NCBI GenBank assembly: GCA_051382295.1
Contig: JBBCAW010000021.1
Coordinates: 64,001 to 128,000, forward strand
From: Bdellovibrionota bacterium FG-1
GTDB taxonomy: Bacteria; Bdellovibrionota; UBA1018
Direction of reading: 5' to 3'
DNA length: 64,000 nt
Both the position numbers and the translations under genes were made by a program. The notes under the pieces are model-generated. The model saw only the letters and a list, made by a program, of their open reading frames with translations, was not told where the DNA came from and made no database searches. Below are positions 39,780 to 49,679 of the stretch, one piece after another. How positions within the stretch are numbered: the stretch's first letter is position 1; each line of letters opens with the position of its first letter.

Positions 39780-41699
39780 TTAGTTAATCGTTGCCGGAAA
39801 AATCAAAGTAACAGCTGCACCATTTGAGGGTTTTGCCACCACTTGAAAGCGAACGGTTTTTCCGTGCGCCGCCTTTGCACTGACGCGCACCCAAAGTGCG
39901 GTCGTAAAGTCGTGGTCAAAAAATGGATTTGTTTTGAAATAGTTGCTGGCAGTGGCCACCGAGTAGGTTGAATTCGCAGAAGAAAGCGAAGTGACGATAT
40001 TTGTCCCGTTAATTTTTCCATAAATCATCTGGGTTTTTGTTTCGTCGCCAAAACCTTCGCTGTTGCTCATGTTGACTTGAGTGTCAAATGTGATTTCTGG
40101 ATCCAAGGTGGTAACGGTGAGTTGGACGCCCCCCGCAGTTTGCGCGGCCGTGTTTTGAATATCAAACCAGACTGCGACTAGTTCACCCGGATCGAGCTGG
40201 CCGTTCAGGCCTTCGGTAATTCCCTGTGGAATGAGATCATTCACATTTGAACTGCCGGTAATTTGCGTTAGCCAGGTTTTGAGCAGCGTAGGATTGTCTT
40301 GCACTCGAAGGCCGGGAGTGACCCCTTGAATGCCCGAACCCACCGCGGCCCAAGTCGCATCTAAGTCGGTGCCGCCATAGATGCCCCGATTAGTGAGGGC
40401 CGTCGTGATCGAGGTTTGGTCTGCGGCGGAAAGATTGACCAGGGGCGCGGCTGCAATGATTTGCGAGGCCATTTCTCTAAAGGTAATTGGAGAAAGTAAA
40501 GTGGCAGTTTTTTTAGGTAAATGGGTGACGGCCTCCATCACAAGTTGCGTCGTCTTCAGTTCCGCTTTGGCTTGATCGTTCGAGTAATTGGTCTTCAGCG
40601 CTTCGTAGACATCCCAGAGCGCGCCTTCCATGAGTACGCCTGCATTATGGATTTCTTCTTGCGATTTGTAAGTCGAAAACGCATTGGCTACGTATCCAGG
40701 GCCTTGGTAATTGTTGGCATAGGGCCAGCCAAGGCCGTCCGGATAGACATAGCTGACGGTATTGTTGGCACCAGAAAAACCGGGGTAACCCGTGCATTGT
40801 GGGTAGGCTGCATCGTAAGCGGGGCATTTATCCGCGCCCCGAGTTCCCACATGATGAGGAATAAAAGTGCCCAAGGCCCAACGGCTAAAGAGGCGCGGAT
40901 TGAGACCAGGCATGGATGCTAAAAAAGGATCCAAAAGAGGTTCTTCAAACATGAGTGCCATAAAATCAGAGATGGCTTCATTGAGGGCGCCTGCTTCATC
41001 GTAATAGTATTTGTTCAAATCTTCGGTTGCCGAATAAGAATCCGTGGTCGTTGCATGTTGAAGTTCATGAATGGTCACGACTCCGTCATCGGAGTAAGAA
41101 GCGCCCTCGGTGGCGACCGAATCCCCCAGGCAAACTTCCTCGATCGTTTCATGGTTGCTGTTTTGCCCCCGCACGAAAAACGCATTATCCTGCTTTTGGC
41201 AATGCGCCAGGATGATCACGGGGGTTTGGGACAGTAAATAGCCGGTGGTGTCTAGGCGTGATCTATATTGATCGCCCCAATAGTAGGCCATAGCCTCCTG
41301 AAAACGAAAATCTGAATGTGGGTAGCTGAACTGATTGGCCTTGTCATAGGCTCCGTACCAAGCGTTACAGGTGGTCCCGTTGCGAACATCGACATATGCC
41401 CCTTTGAGCACGCCATAGCCCAAAAGGTTTTGAAGCGTTACGGTATCCGTATAATTATCCAGTAAAAGCGAAGTAGGAGCGAGCTTGAGATCGCCGGACT
41501 TAAGGATAGGGTCGGGTGAAAATACTTTTGCGGTCCCAGTGCCGCCCGAAACATTGGGGCTGAGTTCGCTGGACGCACAAGGATTAGGCGTAGGGGCGGG
41601 GGTAGGGGCCGTTGACTGAGCGCAACCGCCCAGTTGAAGTGCAACTGTGCTGATGGCCAGAAGGCCGAAGATAGATTGATTTAGTCTATGGTTACTCAA
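39780..41699 (-). CDS. Thermolysin-like (M4/M36 gluzincin) metalloprotease lipoprotein
   Basis: Lipobox LGG-C; DNAFF, HELQH, GALNEAISD, EIHNAG. Confidence 0.85.
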   Translation of the reverse strand: MSNHRLNQSIFGLLAISTVALQLGGCAQSTAPTPAPTPNPCASSELSPNVSGGTGTAKVFSPDPILKSGDLKLAPTSLLLDNYTDTVTLQNLLGYGVLKGAYVDVRNGTTCNAWYGAYDKANQFSYPHSDFRFQEAMAYYWGDQYRSRLDTTGYLLSQTPVIILAHCQKQDNAFFVRGQNSNHETIEEVCLGDSVATEGASYSDDGVVTIHELQHATTTDSYSATEDLNKYYYDEAGALNEAISDFMALMFEEPLLDPFLASMPGLNPRLFSRWALGTFIPHHVGTRGADKCPAYDAAYPQCTGYPGFSGANNTVSYVYPDGLGWPYANNYQGPGYVANAFSTYKSQEEIHNAGVLMEGALWDVYEALKTNYSNDQAKAELKTTQLVMEAVTHLPKKTATLLSPITFREMASQIIAAAPLVNLSAADQTSITTALTNRGIYGGTDLDATWAAVGSGIQGVTPGLRVQDNPTLLKTWLTQITGSSNVNDLIPQGITEGLNGQLDPGELVAVWFDIQNTAAQTAGGVQLTVTTLDPEITFDTQVNMSNSEGFGDETKTQMIYGKINGTNIVTSLSSANSTYSVATASNYFKTNPFFDHDFTTALWVRVSAKAAHGKTVRFQVVAKPSNGAAVTLIFPATIN

Positions 41700-41811
41700 A
41701 CGGCATCCCCCTAGGTCTTTATTCTAAACGAAGCCCATCTTTTTCACTAACAGAACATATAACGCAACGCGTTAATCTTATATCGACAACGGCTTTATGA
41801 TGCAAGAGATA

Positions 41812-43065
41812 TTAGTCTGTAAACTCGACTCGAATGACGTCCTGACGTAAGGCTTCAATGAGGGCTTCGCTATGTTTTGGGCCTCGGGTTTCTAGAGTGA
41901 GCGCTACTTCGGTCTGATCGATGCGGGTTGAAGGTTGGCTGCGATCATGAATTGCTTGAATAATATTGGCACCTTGGCTGGAAATTAAAGCAGTCAACCG
42001 AGCTAAAGAGCCGGGTCGATCCGACATCCAGATATTTACGCGCACCAGCCGGCCTGCGCGAATCAGCCCTCGGTCGATAATTCGTGACAAAAGATTGACG
42101 TCAATATTGCCGCCGCTCACGATGATGACCACCTTTTTGCCCCGAATCTTTCTTCGCATTTGTTCGAGCACTGCTAACGGCAAGGCCCCTGAGCCTTCTG
42201 CTAGGGTCTTCGCTTTTTCGAGCAGCATTAAGATGGCTGCGGCGATTGCTTCATCGTCCGCTTCCAGAATTTCATCGAGCCGGGGTGCCAAAAGCCTGCG
42301 CATTGTTTCGGTGGCACGGCCGACCGCGATTCCGTCAGCAAAAGTATCGACTTTGTGAAGGGTGACGGACTTGCCCGTGTGGAGTGCCCGAATCATGGCG
42401 GGTGCGCCGGAGGCCTGACATCCGATGAGTCGAGTCTGCGGGCGGAGAGCTCTAAATACCGTTGATACACCTGTCATTAACCCGCCTCCGCCGATCGCGG
42501 AAACAACGAAATCAGGGTCTGGAAGCTGTTCTAAGATTTCTAGTCCAACCGTGCCCGCTCCCGCCATGATGTGTTCGTCTTCAAAGGCATGGATAAAAAC
42601 GCGGCCGGATTTTTTAGCGATGCTTTGGGCAAAGTCAAATGCCTCTTGGAAGTTTTGACCCTCCATCATAATTTCGGCCCCCAGGCTTCGGGTATTTTGT
42701 TCTTTGACGAGCGGCGCGCCCTTCGGCATGACGATGAGGGCGCTGGTTCCTAGTCTGCGAGAGCCCCAGGCGACCCCTTGCGCATGATTTCCAGCGCTTG
42801 CGGCAATCACGCCGCGGCGGCGTTCAGCGGCACTCAGTTGTGAGATCTTGTAAGTGGCGCCCCGAATTTTGAACGAACCAATGGGCTGCATATTTTCGAG
42901 TTTAAGATAGAGTTCGCAGCCTAATTGCTCAGATAGCCAGGAGTTGAATAACAGGGGTGTGGGCTTAATGTATTTGGATAGTTCGGTGCGTGCAGCCTGA
43001 ATGGCTGCTAACGAAACGTTCATTGTGGACCTAGACCGGGCGTCTTGCTTGGATTTCTTTGCCAT
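41812..43065 (-). CDS. ilvA: Threonine ammonia-lyase with C-terminal ACT domain
   Basis: KLEN..GSFKIRGA, SAGNHAQG, GGGG, SGGNID, DRPGSL; start 43065 or 43023. Confidence 0.9.
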   Translation of the reverse strand: MAKKSKQDARSRSTMNVSLAAIQAARTELSKYIKPTPLLFNSWLSEQLGCELYLKLENMQPIGSFKIRGATYKISQLSAAERRRGVIAASAGNHAQGVAWGSRRLGTSALIVMPKGAPLVKEQNTRSLGAEIMMEGQNFQEAFDFAQSIAKKSGRVFIHAFEDEHIMAGAGTVGLEILEQLPDPDFVVSAIGGGGLMTGVSTVFRALRPQTRLIGCQASGAPAMIRALHTGKSVTLHKVDTFADGIAVGRATETMRRLLAPRLDEILEADDEAIAAAILMLLEKAKTLAEGSGALPLAVLEQMRRKIRGKKVVIIVSGGNIDVNLLSRIIDRGLIRAGRLVRVNIWMSDRPGSLARLTALISSQGANIIQAIHDRSQPSTRIDQTEVALTLETRGPKHSEALIEALRQDVIRVEFTD

Positions 43066-43173
43066 GATTGAGAAATTAGGCCGGCATAAGGCCTTATAAA
43101 TCAATGGAAAACTAAAAATTTGACGCTTAAGGTCAAATAAGATAGGAATTGCGATCTGAAACGGAGGCTGTGG

Positions 43174-44409
43174 ATGTCGCTTCGCAACTTGTCTATTTCA
43201 AAAAACAGCATCTTCGCAGTGATCACGAGTGGTGCTGCATTTTTTGGAATGATTTTAATGTCTTTGCCGGTCTTGGTTTCGAACGTTCAGGCTGCCCCTT
43301 TGAACGTTTCGGCGTTGGAGTCGCCGATCGGAAGATTTTTATTGGGTGAGACGAATGAAGGCTTTCAGATTCTGAGTCGGATTTTGGGCCATGCGCCCGG
43401 GAGTTCATCTTCAGTTGACGAAGCGTTGGCCTTGATGAATGACGGACAACTCAGAGATGTTCAAAAGACTTTGGAAGAACGAATCGGACGAGTTCGTGAA
43501 AAATTCCAAGAAGCGCGGCAACAACGGAATGGGGGTAAAGAAGTTCCAGAAACCCAGGAAATGGGTCCTGAAGAGCGGCTCATTTTGCGAGAGGTCGCCG
43601 GGCGGGAACTTAAAATTCAACAAATCTGGGAAGCCGAACTTGGCCGTGGCGAGTTTGCCACTCAATCGGAGGCGGGGGGGCTGACGAGTAGTCGGCAACG
43701 TTTCTTGTCCGCGACCTCAGAAGACCACGCCTTAGGTGTTCCAGAAGAAGTTGCCGAAAATGCTTCGGTTGATTTGCAGGAAGCTGGAAGTAATCGCCTC
43801 AAAAAGTGGGCGCAGGATCTGACCAATTGGAGCGATGAAAGCCGTACCTGCATGAGCAATCGCAATAAAGGTGAGGCGTTCAAGGCCTGGGTTCGTAATT
43901 TTGGCGAACAGGTTTTGATTTCGACTTCGGTCACGACTGTGGGATCACTCGCACGGTTTGGTTTTGCTAAACTCGATTTACGGGCTTTTTCACTGGATAT
44001 TATGATGGGGTTCATTTCGACAGGCGTCAGCATGGGGTTGATGAATGACCATGATAGCATGCTGGTTCGGTGGATCAAGGTTCTGGGTTGGGGTGTCGGG
44101 CGATCCAATGTGGATGCGTGGGTCTACGAAATCACGCCTTGGACGGACACGCATGGCTTCCCGATGGCGGAGGCAGTGCGCGAGCGCAAAGAATTCAATA
44201 TCGCTTGGAATGTAAAAACCTCATGGGTGAGTCCTACGATGTTTCGAGTTTTGAATGGGATCGAGTGTGTCGCGAGTGCTCGAGGCGTCTCTAATTTGGC
44301 GGCGATTCGTAAATTGAACTTTGCCGTGAAGACCAGCGTGTCGACCGTCAATTCGTATCTTTATTACGGAGCTCGCACGAGTTCTGTCATAAGTTCTCGT
44401 ACCCGTTAA
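43174..44409 (+). CDS. Hypothetical exported/membrane protein
   Basis: GGAGG SD, 411-aa ORF with N-terminal hydrophobic segment. Confidence 0.6.
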   Translation: MSLRNLSISKNSIFAVITSGAAFFGMILMSLPVLVSNVQAAPLNVSALESPIGRFLLGETNEGFQILSRILGHAPGSSSSVDEALALMNDGQLRDVQKTLEERIGRVREKFQEARQQRNGGKEVPETQEMGPEERLILREVAGRELKIQQIWEAELGRGEFATQSEAGGLTSSRQRFLSATSEDHALGVPEEVAENASVDLQEAGSNRLKKWAQDLTNWSDESRTCMSNRNKGEAFKAWVRNFGEQVLISTSVTTVGSLARFGFAKLDLRAFSLDIMMGFISTGVSMGLMNDHDSMLVRWIKVLGWGVGRSNVDAWVYEITPWTDTHGFPMAEAVRERKEFNIAWNVKTSWVSPTMFRVLNGIECVASARGVSNLAAIRKLNFAVKTSVSTVNSYLYYGARTSSVISSRTR

Positions 44410-45365
44410 GCGACCTTGCGTTTCTCGAGTTCGTGTTTCGATAAATCGGGGCGAAGTACCCAGACCGGACAATGCGCACCTCGAAGGACGTGACGTGTGA
44501 CGCTCCCTAAAAGGCGCGCAGACCAGCCGGTATTTTGCGCACCCATGCAGATCCAATCCATTTTACGCGTTTTTGAGGTATTTAAGATCGTCTCGGCGAG
44601 AGACGTTTGTCCGATTTCGACTACGGCCTCGCACGCTACTCCTTGATGAGTTGCCCACCTTGCCCAGGCCTCGCCATGACGTTGGGCGCGAAAAAGGGCT
44701 TGATCGAGAAATTCTTGCACCGGAATCCAGATAAATAGGGGTTCAACGGGCTTGGGAATAACGTGAAAAATCGTCATTTTCACCCCAAAATCCCGAGCGG
44801 CGTAAACGGCCTTTCTGAAAATCAGATCGGAACGATCTCCAAAGTCAGTTGGAAATAGGAGGCGGTTCAGTTCAAAGCGCTTGTGCATTTTTGGACCGAC
44901 CACCATCACGGGAACGTGCGACCTAAATAGTAGGGTTTCAGCAAAGCTTCCTAGAAGGAGTCGGTCGATTCCGGTTCTCCCATGAGAGCTGACTAAGATG
45001 AGATCAGCATTTGCTTCTGATGCAAAACGAATGATCGCGTCAGTGGATCGTGCGATGGAAGGGGTGGTTTGATGAAGAATAACCGGTCGGGCAATATTGC
45101 AAAGGCCGGTCTGTTGAATGAAAGAATCAAGAGCCCTCCTGGCACCGGACTCATAGTGGCCTAGTCCCGTGTTGGGTCCAGGCGCTTCGGCGGCGGTTAA
45201 AATGAGCTCTGAAGGGCCTAGCACATGCACGGGCTGGACAAGAGTGTTTCTCTTAGCCTGAAAACACCGAACGACATCAACCGCGGAACTCACCAGTCCG
45301 TCACCTAGATGCTTACTCTCGAAAGGATCGATCGCCCAAATCAATTTCTTTGGTAAGGGAGCCAT
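44406..45365 (-). CDS. Universal stress protein (two USP domains)
   Basis: SHGRTGIDRLLLGSFAE, PTDF, LLGSVTRHVLR...CPVWV. Confidence 0.9.
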   Translation of the reverse strand: MAPLPKKLIWAIDPFESKHLGDGLVSSAVDVVRCFQAKRNTLVQPVHVLGPSELILTAAEAPGPNTGLGHYESGARRALDSFIQQTGLCNIARPVILHQTTPSIARSTDAIIRFASEANADLILVSSHGRTGIDRLLLGSFAETLLFRSHVPVMVVGPKMHKRFELNRLLFPTDFGDRSDLIFRKAVYAARDFGVKMTIFHVIPKPVEPLFIWIPVQEFLDQALFRAQRHGEAWARWATHQGVACEAVVEIGQTSLAETILNTSKTRKMDWICMGAQNTGWSARLLGSVTRHVLRGAHCPVWVLRPDLSKHELEKRKVA

Positions 45366-45379
45366 ATCGCTAAAAATGA

Positions 45380-45396
45380 AGCAGAGGGTGTGCCAA
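45380..45396 (-). promoter_or_regulatory. Putative sigma-54 promoter
   Basis: Minus strand TTGGCACACCCTCTGCT, GG-N10-GC. Confidence 0.55.
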
Positions 45397-45462
45397 GAAA
45401 GCGGGGGACTCCATTAAAAATCCATAAACAATTCCTAAAATAATCCGAAAAGGACATATAAT

Positions 45463-46698
45463 ATGAACACGAAATTGCTGTTTACGGCAAAAGATGCCGT
45501 CAAGCTTTCACCTAAAGACTGGCTGATATTTAATAGTCTTATCGCTTTCTACAGGGTGACGGGCCTTTGGCGCTTTCCCATCCCAGCGAGCGGGGATATC
45601 GAAACCATGACCCGCAGGGACGCGCTCTATTGGTTATACAAAGCCAGGTATCCCATCACAAGAGCAACTCAGGATTCAGGTCTTGAGTCTTTTTTCGAGA
45701 AACAAGCTTCTTTTCGTTGGGCGCTGCCCGATGGCTTCACCCCGTTGGAGGACTTGCGGTTATCTTCTGTCGGCGACCTCATGGATCACCCGTATTTGCC
45801 CAACTCCGCCGATTGTCTCTACGGCGGAGTCGAAGACACGGTATTTGACGCCGATGTCTCGATGGCGAACCTAGAATGCGTCGTGTTTCCGGAAGCCACT
45901 GGAGCCTTTGAAATCACTACGAAGGCGGCTCCGCCCCTCTATTATAAGCTCGAAAACTTCAATGCTGCCAAGGGCACCCAGGGGCGCCAATATTCCTTCA
46001 TGGCTACGGCAGGCAACCACAGTATGGATTGCGGAGAAGCAGGCGTAGCCTCCACGGTCCGCGCGCTGAGAGCCGCTGGCATCGCCTTCCATGGCATGAA
46101 CGAGACGGTGGAAGACGCCGATTCCGCGACGATCATCGAGAAAAAGGGATTGCGGATCGGGTTGCTCTCGCACACGTACGGATTGAATGCGAAAAAACCG
46201 CCCAAGGAAAAGCCTTGGATTGTGAATCGCGCGAATCTCAACGGAAAGCCCGAAAAAATCGATTTTACCCGAATCGAAAGACAAATCCAATACTGTCGGG
46301 AAAATCAGGTTGATCTGATCGTCGCGCAGCTGCACTGGGGCTTGGAGCATGAATCCTATCCTCGGCCAGAGCAGTTGGAGGTCGCCCATGTTCTGGCGGA
46401 GAAGGGGGTCGATATCTTGATCGGTCATCACCCCCACGTGATCCAGCCCATGGAATGTTATCGCACTCGGCGGGACCCTGATCGTGTAGTGCCGATTTAT
46501 TACTCGCTCGGAAACTTAATAACTCCGTTTTCGCATCCCGCCTTTCGCCGTAGCGATGTGGCACGAATCACGGTGGCCAAAGGCACAAATCGGGATGGGG
46601 TAACGCGTACTTACGTCCGATCGGCAGAGAGGGTCGAAGTTTTCCAGGAAATCGACGAAAAGAACGGAAAAATCAGGTTGGTTGCACATGGCGAATGA
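45463..46698 (+). CDS. CapA/PgsA-family metallophosphoesterase
   Basis: VGD, ANLE, GNH..D, HWGxE, GHHPHV, YSLGN. Confidence 0.9.
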   Translation: MNTKLLFTAKDAVKLSPKDWLIFNSLIAFYRVTGLWRFPIPASGDIETMTRRDALYWLYKARYPITRATQDSGLESFFEKQASFRWALPDGFTPLEDLRLSSVGDLMDHPYLPNSADCLYGGVEDTVFDADVSMANLECVVFPEATGAFEITTKAAPPLYYKLENFNAAKGTQGRQYSFMATAGNHSMDCGEAGVASTVRALRAAGIAFHGMNETVEDADSATIIEKKGLRIGLLSHTYGLNAKKPPKEKPWIVNRANLNGKPEKIDFTRIERQIQYCRENQVDLIVAQLHWGLEHESYPRPEQLEVAHVLAEKGVDILIGHHPHVIQPMECYRTRRDPDRVVPIYYSLGNLITPFSHPAFRRSDVARITVAKGTNRDGVTRTYVRSAERVEVFQEIDEKNGKIRLVAHGE

Positions 46699-47557
46699 AA
46701 AGACCCGGTATATTCTTGATTCGCACGGTGAGACTGAGCGTCTCGAGCGGCAGTCGCAGATGAAAGCTTACGACTTCGAGTTGGAGCTGCAATTCCTCAA
46801 GGTCCTTGAAGGGCAAAAGATCCTGGATGCTGGCTGCGGAAGCGGCATCGTTTCGGATTATTTGTCTAGGCGGGCACCTGAGGTAGAGATCGTCGGCTTG
46901 GATTTCTCGAAGGAGAGGATCGAAGCCGCCAAGGCAAAATACGGCTTGGCCAAGAATATCAGCTTCGTTCAGCAGAGCCTGCTGGAAACGGATCTGATGC
47001 AGGATCGTTTTGACACGATCTTATGTCGGTATGTATTGCGGCATTTCAGCGCTTCCGACTGCAAGAGTGTCATTCAGAATTTATTTGGCCTGTTGAAGCC
47101 AGGCGGTACGCTTTACTGCATTGATGTGGAAGGCGTCATGGGCGAGATCTATCCGGCCTCGCGCTTTTTGAAAACAGCGCTTCGCAAGCTGCGCGAAGCC
47201 AAGTCCGTGGACTTTCAAGTGGCGCGTAAGATGCCCACCCTCTTGCTGGAGCAGGGCTTTCAGGACGTGGATTGGCATGTGCTGGTTTCAGAATTCAAAG
47301 AGGATGAGCTTTCGCAAGAGATTAGCAATCTCGAAAAGACGGCCCAGAGCGCGAAATCGTTCGCCGAGCAGGTGCTCGGAGGATCGGATCGCGTCGAGCG
47401 TTTCGAGAAACAGTATTTTTCCGCGCTTCGCGAGCGCGAAGGGCTGATTCTCTTTTATAACCGCGTGATCGCCATAGGGACCAAGCCAAAGCCGAAGCTT
47501 CAGCTGGTTACTTCAAACAGCCGAGGGCAATATTCTGAAAAGAAGGCTCGATGCTGA
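46688..47557 (+). CDS. Class I SAM-dependent methyltransferase
   Basis: ETERLERQ, ILDAGCGSG, GLD, LKPGG. Confidence 0.9.
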   Translation: MANEKTRYILDSHGETERLERQSQMKAYDFELELQFLKVLEGQKILDAGCGSGIVSDYLSRRAPEVEIVGLDFSKERIEAAKAKYGLAKNISFVQQSLLETDLMQDRFDTILCRYVLRHFSASDCKSVIQNLFGLLKPGGTLYCIDVEGVMGEIYPASRFLKTALRKLREAKSVDFQVARKMPTLLLEQGFQDVDWHVLVSEFKEDELSQEISNLEKTAQSAKSFAEQVLGGSDRVERFEKQYFSALREREGLILFYNRVIAIGTKPKPKLQLVTSNSRGQYSEKKARC

Positions 47558-48578
47558 GGGCCCCTTGGGGACCCGTCACATAGATTGCAGTATCGGACAT
47601 CGCGATGATCGCTTGATTCCGTTTTTTCGACAAAGCGATCACTGAATTAAAGCCACCCGTGGCGCCATTGTGCCAGACAACATCGCTCTCCAGATCGATC
47701 AACCAGTTCATTCCTATCGATAGTTCGGGGCTCACTGAGAAAAGGGGTTTTTGCGAGAGTTTCACAGTTTCTGCGAGCGGGGTCGACTCAGGGATGAGAT
47801 TTGCGCGCGCATACTTAACCATATCATCGATGGTTGAGCGAATTCCGCCCGCCGGGCTTAGGGCGGTAGCGTAAAGATCCCAGCGAGGAACCGCCGCTGC
47901 CGGATTATTGTCGATGATGATAGATCCTTGCGAAAACCGACCAAGCTCATTTTCAGGTACTTGAAAATAGCTTCCCGTCATCGCAAGAGGGGCAAAGATA
48001 GTTCGCTTCACCAAGTCTTCATACGAGGACCCGGTATTTTCACTCAATATCAAGCCTAAGAGCGATGCGCCTAGATTCGAATAGCTCCAAGATTCGCCCG
48101 GTTTGGATACCAGGGGTGTTTTTGAATAGAGGGTCTTAAAGACAGGAATCGTAAGCCCTTCAAACGGAAACAAGGGATTGGTTACTCGAAAGTCGGGAAA
48201 CAGTCCGCCCGTAATGCCAGAGGTATGAGTCGTGAGATGTTGGTACGTGATCAACGCTCCCGGCTTTTGGTAGGCATCGGGGATCGAATCGGATAACCGA
48301 AGCGAGCCTGCAAGGATGGACTGGGCCAATAAATTTGCCGTAAACGTCTTGGTGATTGAGCCGATCTCAAAAAGTTGATTTTTTGTTGCCGCGCCGAACG
48401 TCATGATCCTCGTATCGGTGCCATCGAGGACCGCAACCGCGATGCCGTTCCGATTAGTCATGCCCCGATAACCACTTTCAATACAGTTTTGAACTGAAGA
48501 GAGGTCTCCGGCGCCTGCGATATTCGTTAATAAAAGGAAGAAGAGAAGCCATATAAAGCGGGAGTACTTTGAAAACAT
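47508..48578 (-). CDS. Serine hydrolase, beta-lactamase class C-like
   Basis: FEIGSITK (SxxK), YSN, HNGATGGF; signal peptide. Confidence 0.9.
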   Translation of the reverse strand: MFSKYSRFIWLLFFLLLTNIAGAGDLSSVQNCIESGYRGMTNRNGIAVAVLDGTDTRIMTFGAATKNQLFEIGSITKTFTANLLAQSILAGSLRLSDSIPDAYQKPGALITYQHLTTHTSGITGGLFPDFRVTNPLFPFEGLTIPVFKTLYSKTPLVSKPGESWSYSNLGASLLGLILSENTGSSYEDLVKRTIFAPLAMTGSYFQVPENELGRFSQGSIIIDNNPAAAVPRWDLYATALSPAGGIRSTIDDMVKYARANLIPESTPLAETVKLSQKPLFSVSPELSIGMNWLIDLESDVVWHNGATGGFNSVIALSKKRNQAIIAMSDTAIYVTGPQGALSIEPSFQNIALGCLK

Positions 48579-48655
48579 AGAGCGCTCTATTACACGCATT
48601 ATTAAGGTGCGTCAAATCAGAAAATGCAGAAATCACAACTTATTTACTGCAGAAA

Positions 48656-48716
48656 AAAAGTTGGTGCTCGCGGAGAGACTCGAACTCACACGCCTTACGG
48701 CACTGGTTCCTAAGAC
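48656..48716 (-). repeat. att direct repeat: 3' half of tRNA-Leu
   Basis: 55/61 identity to 56244-56304; ends just past the anticodon loop. Confidence 0.92.
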
Positions 48717-48858
48717 TCGCTTAGCGTGATCACCAATGTTAAATATAGATACGATAAATAGTGGAAACTAATGACTAAAAAGAATCAGCTCCTCTTTGTT
48801 TTTGCTCCATTTGCTCAAATTCTTCGACGTCGCTAAGTCTTTGAAATCACTTACACCA

Positions 48859-48899
48859 TACGTTGAACCTACCAACAGTTTGGTACGGATTAGGTACGG
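48859..48899. repeat. Phased arm-type repeats, left end of island
   Basis: TACG/TACC at 48859, 48870, 48884, 48895; GGTACGG twice. Confidence 0.6.
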
Positions 48900-48949
48900 T
48901 CGCGGCGCATTAAAAATGAATGATGAATCATAAAAAAATAATCGAGAAT

Positions 48950-49306
48950 TCAGCCAGTCTTTAAGCGATCAAAAACACCAGCGTCCGCCATTTTCTTAAC
49001 CTCCTGAACGCTCACCAACTGTCCGGTGACATAGAGATGGATCACGTGATTGATCAGGGTCTGGTAGGGCATACCGGCTTTCTCAGCGAGCTCCCGCACG
49101 GCCTCCATATCGCCTTCGTTCATACGGATATTGGCCCGTGCGCTCTTTAACTCCCGTAAAGTTTCAGTTGCCATCGCTTTGACCTGAGCCTGCTCCTCGG
49201 TCGTGGGCTTCTTCATTTTTTTGTAGTCGATGGCATTTTCAATACTTTGCTCGTAGGCGTCGAGTTTCACTTTTTCTGGATTGTACTTCTTCTTCTTCTT
49301 TTCCAT
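48950..49306 (-). CDS. BrnA/CopG-like antitoxin
   Basis: RANIRM...AEKAGMPYQTLI RHH pattern directly downstream of toxin. Confidence 0.8.
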   Translation of the reverse strand: MEKKKKKYNPEKVKLDAYEQSIENAIDYKKMKKPTTEEQAQVKAMATETLRELKSARANIRMNEGDMEAVRELAEKAGMPYQTLINHVIHLYVTGQLVSVQEVKKMADAGVFDRLKTG

Positions 49307-49309
49307 AAA

Positions 49310-49555
49310 TCACCTCTTGTACTTTCGAGCCGGATAAACAGTGATGAGCCAATGGACAGTGCCGCGAACTTCGTAGGGGATCACATGAGGATAGCCTCCG
49401 ATCTCCACCACATAAATTCGCTGGCCTGCATGGACTGGGTTCACATCGTTGAGAAGTAATGGGTGGGTGGCGAGCACCTGCACAGCCTCCTCAAAAGAAG
49501 GACGCCCTTCACTCTTCAGTTCTTCATTTTTCTTTTCATCCCAAGCGAAAGCCAT
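49310..49555 (-). CDS. BrnT-like toxin
   Basis: FAWDEKKNE...SFEE N-terminus, C-terminal PARK. Confidence 0.8.
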   Translation of the reverse strand: MAFAWDEKKNEELKSEGRPSFEEAVQVLATHPLLLNDVNPVHAGQRIYVVEIGGYPHVIPYEVRGTVHWLITVYPARKYKR

Positions 49556-49557
49556 TT

Positions 49558-49592
49558 GTGTACAATGTACACCAAGTTGACGTGCTTGTAAA
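49558..49592 (-). promoter_or_regulatory. TA promoter with palindromic operator
   Basis: Minus strand TTTACA-N17-TACATT; GTGTACA-A-TGTACAC (49558-49572) covers the -10. Confidence 0.65.
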
Positions 49593-49679
49593 TGATCGGA
49601 TAACTCGGCTCAACTATAGAGGAACTTCGCATGCGACGGCTCATGCCAATCATCCCGATGCTGAGTCAACTTTGAGAAT

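Noticed and set aside
47508..48578. Bona fide antibiotic-resistance genes (this gene and the VanX-like gene at 38334)
   Set aside because: HNG rather than KTG triad fits generic serine hydrolases; no van cluster around the dipeptidase
48662..48716. Second functional tRNA-Leu
   Set aside because: 5' half missing; it is the att duplicate
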